DNA of 64,000 bases from Lentisphaerae bacterium GWF2_57_35 (GTDB taxonomy: Bacteria > Verrucomicrobiota > Kiritimatiellia > CAIQIC01 > GWF2-57-35): positions 4,843 through 68,842 of the forward strand of contig MHBK01000048.1 of assembly GCA_001804865.1 (NCBI GenBank), written 5' to 3'. The first letter of the stretch is position 1. Each line of letters begins with the position of its first letter. This document shows, in pieces, positions 57,842-64,000 of this stretch. The translations under genes were made by a program, and so were the position numbers. The notes beneath the pieces are model-generated. The model saw only the letters and a program-made list of their open reading frames with translations. It searched no databases and was not told the origin of the DNA.

Positions 57842-58861
57842 CTACAAGCTGTTTTTCACCGCGCGGATTTCTTCTGTGACCGGGCGCCCCTCCCGGACGG
57901 TCCAGATCAGAAAGACGATGCCTCCGGCCAGACTCCAGACCGTACCGGCGGCATACACGAGCAGCGACAGCAGGATGGATTGCGAGCTGCCGACGCCCAG
58001 AGCCTGGAACAGCGTCACGAAAAAGCCCTCGCGGACGCCCAGGCTGCCGGGGGTCAGGGGCACGGCGGCCATGACGGTGATGATAGGAAACAGCGTAAAA
58101 TAATCGATCAGGCCGGCCGGTATGAGGAGACTCTTTCCAAAGGCCCAGCAGGCCAGGGTGAGGAAGGCCAGATTGAGCAGCGACAGGGCGAAGGTCATGC
58201 CCATATGCCGGTGATTCTGGCGATAGAGATAAAAGGTGTCGTACGCTTTCCTGATCAGCGGTCCCAGGCGGGTCGTCTCGATGTATTGAAAGAAGCTCCA
58301 ATGCTCGAATCGATTCCGGCGAAACAAGGCGAAGAAGCCCAGCACGGCCAACACGAGAAAAAGGATCATCAACAGGCCGGGGCCTCTCGTGCCCTGATGA
58401 TCGAGAAACAACGGAATCCGAAAGACGATCATCACACAGCAAAAAGCGATGACAACAAACAACCCGACAGCCCGGTCGAGAAAAACCGTTGCGGCTGTTT
58501 CGGTTTTCCGGCTGTTCGTTTCGCGCATGACAAGATATGCGCGGGCGACATCCCCTCCGCAGGCCCCGAGCATGAACGCATTGAAAAACTGGCCGATGAA
58601 AAAGACTTCGAAGACCTTCCAGGCCCCGAGGCGGATGCCTTGCGCGGCAAGAATGGTTTTCCAGCGTATGGCGCCGGCGCATAAGCCTGCCAGAGTCAGA
58701 AGCGTTCCCAGCAACAACCAGGGCCAATGAGCGGTCGTGACGTGGAAGACTTCGCGAATGTTGGCAGGATGGGCCTGGCTGAAGAGCAGTACGAGCAAGC
58801 CCGCCCCCAGGGCGATTCGAAGTAGGGTGACGAGGATGTTTCTACGACTCCGCATTTTCAT
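57842..58861 (-). CDS. UPF0104 / lysyl-PG-synthase-TM-like 'flippase-like' membrane protein
   Basis: 'RRNILVTLLRIALGAGLLVLLF' opening and about 8 TM segments, as in UPF0104 proteins. It is the last gene of the gmd-rmd operon, with a 20-nt overlap with rmd. Confidence 0.6.
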   Translation of the reverse strand: MKMRSRRNILVTLLRIALGAGLLVLLFSQAHPANIREVFHVTTAHWPWLLLGTLLTLAGLCAGAIRWKTILAAQGIRLGAWKVFEVFFIGQFFNAFMLGACGGDVARAYLVMRETNSRKTETAATVFLDRAVGLFVVIAFCCVMIVFRIPLFLDHQGTRGPGLLMILFLVLAVLGFFALFRRNRFEHWSFFQYIETTRLGPLIRKAYDTFYLYRQNHRHMGMTFALSLLNLAFLTLACWAFGKSLLIPAGLIDYFTLFPIITVMAAVPLTPGSLGVREGFFVTLFQALGVGSSQSILLSLLVYAAGTVWSLAGGIVFLIWTVREGRPVTEEIRAVKNSL

Positions 58862-59804
58862 GTGCTAGTTGAGCCAGCCGGCTTCGGTGAATGTCGTTGT
58901 ACACGTCGCGCAGAGTGGTTTGGAGCGGAATTTCCGGCCGCCAACCGGTGTCCCGGGCGATTTTTTCGGTGCTGAGCAGGGGCCGGTAATCGGTGGGGCG
59001 AAAAAGGGCGGTGGAAATTTTCAGTTGGGGCTTCACGCCGGCTACTTCACTGAGCATGTCCAGCATACTGCCGATGGGTACCGGCGTGCCGGTGGCAATG
59101 TTGTAGGCTTCGCCTGGATGGCCTTTTTCCAGCAGCAATTGGTAGGCCCGGCAGACGTCCCGTACGTCGGTGAAATCGCGTTGGGCATTTAAGTTTCCGA
59201 CTTCCATGACCGGTTCTTTTCGCTCCAGGGCGATGTCGGCCAACTGAGCGGCAAAGGCGGAGACCACAAAAGAAGGGGATTGTCCGGGACCGATATGGTT
59301 GATCGGGCGGGCGGTCATGATGGAGAGTCCGTAGCGGCGGGCATAGAGCAGGGCCGTCAGGTCGGCGCTCATCTTCGAAACCGCGTACAGGTTTTCGGGA
59401 TGCAGTGAATCTTCTTCCATCGCCAGTACGCCGGCGCCCTTGGCCTTGCCGTATACTTCGGCCGACGAGACCAGCAGCACGCGCGTCTTGGGCGCCTTGT
59501 GACGAATGGCTTCGAGCAGGTTTACGCTGCCGGTCAGGTTGACCGAGAAGACCAGATTCGGATCGGTCCAGCCCATGGGAACAAAGGCAATGCCGCCCAG
59601 ATGCAGGCAGGCATCCGGCTGGACTCGTTCGACCAGGTCCTGCAGTTCACGGGGCTGGCGCAGGTCGGCGCCGAATACGCTGCCGGCGCCGGGCGGAATG
59701 CTGGAGGGCAGGTCCATGCCGACCACCTCATGTCCCTGCTCCCGGAAGCGGGCCGTTGCGCAACGGCCCACAAAACCCATGGCCCCTGTGACGAGTATCC
59801 GCAT
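58842..59804 (-). CDS. rmd: GDP-4-dehydro-6-deoxy-D-mannose reductase (Rmd-like SDR)
   Basis: 'MRILVTGAMGFVG', catalytic 'YAVSKMSAD' and 'ARPINHIGPGQSPSFVVSAFAAQLA', which is Rmd-type rather than Fcl-type. It lies immediately downstream of gmd. Confidence 0.65.
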   Translation of the reverse strand: MRILVTGAMGFVGRCATARFREQGHEVVGMDLPSSIPPGAGSVFGADLRQPRELQDLVERVQPDACLHLGGIAFVPMGWTDPNLVFSVNLTGSVNLLEAIRHKAPKTRVLLVSSAEVYGKAKGAGVLAMEEDSLHPENLYAVSKMSADLTALLYARRYGLSIMTARPINHIGPGQSPSFVVSAFAAQLADIALERKEPVMEVGNLNAQRDFTDVRDVCRAYQLLLEKGHPGEAYNIATGTPVPIGSMLDMLSEVAGVKPQLKISTALFRPTDYRPLLSTEKIARDTGWRPEIPLQTTLRDVYNDIHRSRLAQLAHENAES

Positions 59805-59809
59805 GGCGG

Positions 59810-60775
59810 TTATTTCTTGACCTGTTTCCAACGCTCCATGTCCGCATCGACCATCATCCGGACCAGTCCTTTGAAATCGACGTGAGGCTTCCAACCCAGT
59901 ACGCGCTCCGCCTTAGCGGAACTGCCGAGCAAATGATCCACTTCCGCCGGACGGAACAGGGACGGATCTTCCACGACGTAATCCTGCCAATGCAGGCCGA
60001 CGTGCGAAAAGGCCGCTTCCAGGAATTCTTTGACGGAATGACTGACGCCCGTGGAAATGACGAAATCGTCCGGCTCCTCCATTTGGAGCATCATCCACAT
60101 GGCGCGGATGTAGTCGCCGGCAAAGCCCCAGTCGCGCTGGGCGTCCACGTTGCCCATGCGCAGTTCCTTCGCAAAGCCCAATTTAATCTGGGCGACGGCG
60201 TCGCTGATCTTGCGAGTGACGAACTCTTTGCCGCGGCGCGGGCTTTCATGGTTGAACAAGATGCCGGACAGGGCAAACAGGCCGTAGCTTTCGCGGTAGT
60301 TGACGGTGATGTAATGCCCATAAGCTTTTGCCACGCCATAGGGACTGCGAGGATGGAACGGAGTGGTCTCTACTTGCGGCACTTCCCGGACCTTGCCAAA
60401 CATTTCGCTGCTGGAGGCCTGATAAAAACGGGCCTTGGGACAGATCAGCCGCACGGCTTCCAGGAGGCGCGTTACGCCGATGGCGGTATATTCGCCGGTC
60501 AGCATGGGTTGATTCCAGGAGGTGGGCACAAAGGACATGGCGGCCAAGTTGTAGATTTCGTCCGGCTGCACTTCTTCCAGCAGTTTGATCAGGGAAAGTT
60601 GGTCCAGCAGATCCGCCTGGCGCAGGTTGAGACGATCCTTGATGTGGGCAATTCGTTCAAAGGTTTCGGTGCTGGAACGGCGAACCATGCCGTAAACTTC
60701 GTAGCCTTTTTCCAATAAAAAGTCTGCCAGGTACGAACCGTCCTGTCCTGTGATGCCGGTGATGAGTGCTTTCAT
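59810..60775 (-). CDS. gmd: GDP-mannose 4,6-dehydratase
   Basis: '[35 protein letters not shown]', '[11 protein letters not shown]', 'SPYGVAKAY' and '[10 protein letters not shown]'. Confidence 0.93.
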   Translation of the reverse strand: MKALITGITGQDGSYLADFLLEKGYEVYGMVRRSSTETFERIAHIKDRLNLRQADLLDQLSLIKLLEEVQPDEIYNLAAMSFVPTSWNQPMLTGEYTAIGVTRLLEAVRLICPKARFYQASSSEMFGKVREVPQVETTPFHPRSPYGVAKAYGHYITVNYRESYGLFALSGILFNHESPRRGKEFVTRKISDAVAQIKLGFAKELRMGNVDAQRDWGFAGDYIRAMWMMLQMEEPDDFVISTGVSHSVKEFLEAAFSHVGLHWQDYVVEDPSLFRPAEVDHLLGSSAKAERVLGWKPHVDFKGLVRMMVDADMERWKQVKK

Positions 60776-60795
60776 GCTGATGTATTTCCTCCTGA

Positions 60796-61710
60796 TTATG
60801 GATTCCAAATTTGTTTAATCGTGCGCAGGCCGTTCTGCACCGCCTCGCGCGTCGTTTGCGGCGTCGGTTCGATCACATTGACGAGGCCGGGATCCGTGAA
60901 GCGTTTGAAGCGTGAAAAATCGATTTGACCTTGTCCGGGCATGAGATGGTCCCGAGCCGGCGGCTGGACATCGTGAATATGAAATCCCGCCAGGTACGGT
61001 TGGAGCCGTTCAAGCCAGCGCTCGTGATTGATGAACCCGAGGTTCTCCCGGATGCGGCCATGGCCGATGTCATGCCAATGAGCCAGATAGGGGCTGTTGA
61101 AGCGGGTGAAAAGACTTTCCATTTCGATTTCGGTGGGAATCGATTCCCACGAGGGCAGGTTTTCAATGGCCAGCCGCACTTTAAGTTCTTCGCACACCGG
61201 GAGAAGTTTTTCAATGCTCTGGGCCAGATAGTCCAATTGCTTCTGGGCTTTTTTCTCGCGCTGCACCTGCAACTTCAGCTTGGTCTTCTCGTACAGTTCG
61301 GTGAACTGTTGCCCTTCCTCGCAAAGCGCCCGGAGTTGGCGTCCGATGGAATCCATCGAGACGTTGCCGGCATGAATGATGACGACGCCGGCGCCCGTTT
61401 CGGCCGCAAAGCGGAGGGTGCGGGTGGTATGCAGAATCGCGCTGTCCCGCATGCGCGAATCGGTATCGGCCGGCGTAAACAACTCCGGATGCCCATGCAC
61501 GGCGCCGACAGGCATTGGACAAAAATTGTGAAGACTGCTGACGCGGACGGCGCCTCGCTTGATCATGTCCAGTACGCCGGGCGCCAAGTCCACGCGCAAG
61601 TCATAACCCAATTCGACGGCGTCGAAGCCCATCTCCAGGATTTCCTGGATCATGTCCTCGCCCCGGGTATGCCGGCCGGCGTTCCATCGCGTTGTGAGAG
61701 AAAACATCAT
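60796..61710 (-). CDS. Xylose-isomerase-like TIM-barrel sugar-phosphate isomerase/epimerase family protein
   Basis: '[11 protein letters not shown]', 'VVIIHAGN', '[11 protein letters not shown]' and 'HIHDV' are the typical AP_endonuc_2/TIM-barrel pattern. The substrate is unknown. Confidence 0.6.
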   Translation of the reverse strand: MMFSLTTRWNAGRHTRGEDMIQEILEMGFDAVELGYDLRVDLAPGVLDMIKRGAVRVSSLHNFCPMPVGAVHGHPELFTPADTDSRMRDSAILHTTRTLRFAAETGAGVVIIHAGNVSMDSIGRQLRALCEEGQQFTELYEKTKLKLQVQREKKAQKQLDYLAQSIEKLLPVCEELKVRLAIENLPSWESIPTEIEMESLFTRFNSPYLAHWHDIGHGRIRENLGFINHERWLERLQPYLAGFHIHDVQPPARDHLMPGQGQIDFSRFKRFTDPGLVNVIEPTPQTTREAVQNGLRTIKQIWNP

Positions 61711-61849
61711 AGTGCTGATCGATCTGTCTTCATATTATGGACAGGAGCGCTGGAATGTAGGAACGTGGAGCAGGGGGCTGTACAAGCTGCGTTTCCGCTC
61801 AGCCCCTTCTCGGTTATCCCTTATTCCAACACTCCCTATCCCCTAATGA

Positions 61850-61881
61850 GAAGGGCCAATTCGGTTAAAAATTGGCCCTTC
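61850..61881 (-). terminator. 12-bp-stem hairpin between rpsU and the downstream operon
   Basis: GAAGGGCCAATT-cggttaaa-AATTGGCCCTTC. It lies 64 nt downstream of the rpsU stop on the minus strand. There is no clean U-tract, so it may be a terminator or a processing site. Confidence 0.4.
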
Positions 61882-61944
61882 CATAAACAATCCCCGACCC
61901 AGATGCCTCCAAGGAGAGATCGTGCCGGTTCAGGATGATTTATG

Positions 61945-62118
61945 CTAGAAACTGCGCATGCGTGCACGCGCGGACTTCCGTCGCCGTTTTTCGCTCGGCT
62001 TTTCATAATGCCGATGAGCACGGATTTCCCGCATAATTCCTTCCCGATCCAATTTCTTTTTCAGGCGACGAAGAGCCTTGTCTACGGATTCGCCTTTTCG
62101 AATTTTTACTTCTGACAC
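61945..62118 (-). CDS. rpsU: 30S ribosomal protein S21
   Basis: Hand translation of the minus strand gives (V/M)[56 protein letters not shown]. This is the classic S21 pattern (..V.V...ES.D.ALRRFK......G...E.R.R..YEKPS..R..K). GTG start with AAGGAG 13 nt upstream. At 57 aa it falls below the ORF-track cutoff. Confidence 0.9.
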   Translation of the reverse strand: MSEVKIRKGESVDKALRRLKKKLDREGIMREIRAHRHYEKPSEKRRRKSARARMRSF

Positions 62119-62275
62119 GTTACTAAATCACTCTCCTTCCGATTTCTGGCTGTGGTACAGCTTTATCGAGCACAATTTAGGCAAGAAACGCTAGTGGAAC
62201 ACGACCTCGATGTCAAATCGAAGCTTTAACTATTTCATACCTCGCTACACTGCTTAAAGCGTCAATAAAAACTTG

Positions 62276-63580
62276 TTATTTCCGGCCTATGGAATGATAC
62301 GTGAAGCCGAGCTTCCTCATCTTCTCGGGATCGAAGACATTTCGGCCATCGATGATCACCGGGCAAGCCATGACGTCGCGGAGTTTGATGAGATCCAGGG
62401 CTTTAACCTGCGGCCACTCGGTCAAAATCAACAACAAGTCGGCGCCTTTGGCGCAGTCCAGCAGGTCGGGATGATATTCCAACTGCGGATACTGCTCCTT
62501 GAAATTACTCTCCGCGACCGGATCCCAAAGCTTGAGTTTGGCTTTGGATTCGAGCAGTTGCGAAACCACATAGAGGGACGGCGCTTCGCGGATGTCGTCG
62601 GTTTCCGGTTTGAAGGCCAAACCGAAAATGGCCACCGTCTTGTCCTGCACAACCCAGAGTTCGTGCTGGATTTTCTTCATCAAGAGTTCTCGTTGCGTCT
62701 TGTTGATGTGCTGGACTTCCTTCAGCAGCTCAAAGTTGTATCCCAGCCGGTCGGCCAGGTGGACGAAGGCATCCACATCCTTCGGGAAGCAGGAGCCGCC
62801 GAATCCGATGCCGGCATTAAGGAAGCGGGGACCGATCCGTTTGTCCAAGCCCATGCCGCGGGCCACTTCCTCGACATCCGCGCCGGCCAGCTCGCAAATG
62901 CGGCTGACGGCATTGATGTAAGATATTTTCATGGCCAGGAACGAGTTGGAGGCGTGCTTGGTCAGTTCCGCGCTGGTGACGCTCATTTCAAGGAACGCGC
63001 AACCGCTTTTCTTGATGACCGGATCGTAAATTTCCCGCAGCAACTTGGAGGCCCGTTCGCTTTCCACGCCCACGACGATGCGGTCGGGGCTGAAGGCATC
63101 TTCGATCGCCGAGCCTTCCCGCAGAAATTCAGGATTGGAGGCCACATCGAAATCGATGTCCGCGCGCAGATATTTCGTGACCGCCCGCTTCAATTCGCCG
63201 CCCGTATTGGCGGGCACCGTGCTCTTCTCGACCAGCAAACGGTAGGAGGTCATGTATTCGGCCACTTTACGTCCGACCTGTTCCACATAGGACAGGTTGG
63301 CTTCGCCCCGGGCGCCGGGGGGAGTGCCTACCGCAATGAAGATGACTTCGGCAAATTCCGTGCCTTCCTTGACGGAGGTCGAAAAATTCAGGCGCTTGGC
63401 TGCGACATTCTTTTTAACCAGATCCTCGAGACCCGGCTCGTAAATGGGCATCTGAAGCTTGCGCAGCATATTGATTTTGCGCTCGTCGATGTCTACGCAG
63501 AGCACTTCATGGCCGATCTCCGCAAAGCAGGTGCCGGTCACCAAGCCGACGTATCCGGTTCCAACAACGGTTATTTTCAT
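62276..63580 (-). CDS. ugd: UDP-glucose 6-dehydrogenase
   Basis: 'MKITVVGTGYVGLVTGTCFAEIGHEVLCVDIDERKI', 'IFIAVGTP', 'NPEFLREGSAI' and 'GFGGSCFPKD' (catalytic Cys). Confidence 0.93.
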   Translation of the reverse strand: MKITVVGTGYVGLVTGTCFAEIGHEVLCVDIDERKINMLRKLQMPIYEPGLEDLVKKNVAAKRLNFSTSVKEGTEFAEVIFIAVGTPPGARGEANLSYVEQVGRKVAEYMTSYRLLVEKSTVPANTGGELKRAVTKYLRADIDFDVASNPEFLREGSAIEDAFSPDRIVVGVESERASKLLREIYDPVIKKSGCAFLEMSVTSAELTKHASNSFLAMKISYINAVSRICELAGADVEEVARGMGLDKRIGPRFLNAGIGFGGSCFPKDVDAFVHLADRLGYNFELLKEVQHINKTQRELLMKKIQHELWVVQDKTVAIFGLAFKPETDDIREAPSLYVVSQLLESKAKLKLWDPVAESNFKEQYPQLEYHPDLLDCAKGADLLLILTEWPQVKALDLIKLRDVMACPVIIDGRNVFDPEKMRKLGFTYHSIGRK

Positions 63581-63702
63581 ATTTAACGCGAATCTCCGGT
63601 ATTGATATCAAAAGTGAGACATTTTAGTCTTTGCTGCGAAAAAAGCAATGCTCAGAGTATACATTTAGTTGAGCGATATTCCACTGGCAATGAAAGGGAC
63701 TT

Positions 63703-64000
63703 ATGAAACGAATCATGATCACAGGCGCCAGCGGTGCGCTGGGATCGGAGATTCTGCCCCAGCTTCAGCTCATGGGACAGGTGTTGGGCTTGGGTTATCG
63801 AAACCTGTTGGAAGGCTTGCAGGCCGGCGATATTCGGGATGAGCAATTCCTGTCCGGGCTCCTGAAGGAAGTTCGCCCGGAGGTCGTCATTCATTGCGCG
63901 GCGTATCGCGACCCCGACTTCTGCGACGCTCAGCCGGAAGAAGCTCGCCGGCTGAACGTGCGTCCGGTTCAGGTCATGAACGAGGTTTTGCCGGCCTCCT
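63703..64000 (+). CDS. RmlD-like NAD(P)-dependent sugar reductase/epimerase, 3' end cut by window edge
   Basis: Hand translation from ATG 63703 gives MKRIMITGASGALGSEILPQLQLMGQVLGLGYRNLLEGLQAGDIRDEQFLSGLLKEVRPEVVIHCAAYRDPDFCDAQPEEARRLNVRPVQVMNEVLPAS, open to base 64000. The 'ITGASGALG' Rossmann motif and 'VVIHCAAY...C...PEEA..LNV' are typical of dTDP-4-dehydrorhamnose-reductase-like SDRs. It is not in the ORF track. Confidence 0.65.
   Translation, partial: MKRIMITGASGALGSEILPQLQLMGQVLGLGYRNLLEGLQAGDIRDEQFLSGLLKEVRPEVVIHCAAYRDPDFCDAQPEEARRLNVRPVQVMNEVLPAS

Overview
This is a densely coding 64-kb chromosomal window from a moderately GC-rich bacterium. It appears to be diderm: it encodes an outer-membrane beta-barrel protein, TPR/porin-type EPS export parts, GmhA and a GldG-type ABC system. 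Taxonomy cannot be established from the sequence alone. The periodic intergenic hairpin repeats and the gene content are reminiscent of PVC-group genomes, but that is a weak inference. I call 55 CDS, two of them cut by the window edges. One is rpsU, which is absent from the ORF track and starts with GTG. I also call one tRNA-Leu(CAA), several intergenic repeat/hairpin elements and a few terminator-like hairpins. I saw no transposase, integrase, phage gene, CRISPR array or rRNA. Layout: (1) 1-10211 is a ten-gene, translationally coupled plus-strand operon: amidohydrolase, one radical SAM, three tandem B12-binding radical SAM paralogues, two GNAT-like unknowns, a SAM methyltransferase and a bacterial GH3-family adenylating ligase. 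It looks like an uncharacterised small-molecule or lipid tailoring pathway. (2) tRNA-Leu lies at 10450-10535. (3) 10697-26594 is a non-canonical synthase-dependent exopolysaccharide locus. It has a zinc-ribbon-bearing HAS/chitin-synthase-like GT2 coupled to a 1342-aa membrane-anchored CE4-like/TPR giant. These converge on two paralogous TPR+CE4 proteins, one of which carries its own C-terminal OM beta-barrel. A divergent operon encodes receiver, KaiC-like ATPase, ExeA-like AAA ATPase, a small Pro-rich membrane protein and a receiver-TM protein. (4) 26600-28090 is an AT-richer islet with an orphan methyltransferase and a 155-bp palindrome. (5) A mixed and housekeeping block follows: AraC-like regulator, pyrE, azoreductase-like protein, Ser/Thr kinase, lhgO, a KamA-family aminomutase, cysS, tmk, holB, accB, accC, Asp23/AmaP-like pair, gmhA and a PfkB kinase. 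(6) 43204-49984 is a glycan block: two GH1-like paralogues (one fused to a GT), a GH5-like enzyme and a long, eukaryote-type UDP-galactopyranose mutase. (7) Next come a MerR regulator plus a free-standing paralogue of its C-terminal domain, a TviB-like sugar dehydrogenase, a GldA/F/G-like ABC system with a DUF4340-like protein, and an M50 protease. (8) The final block is a nucleotide-sugar operon (gmd, rmd, UPF0104 membrane protein), rpsU, ugd and a 3'-truncated RmlD-like reductase. The two most interesting candidates for an undescribed system are the EPS locus (11678-26594) and the radical-SAM/GH3 operon (1-10211). All functional calls rest on motif recognition by eye; no database search was run.
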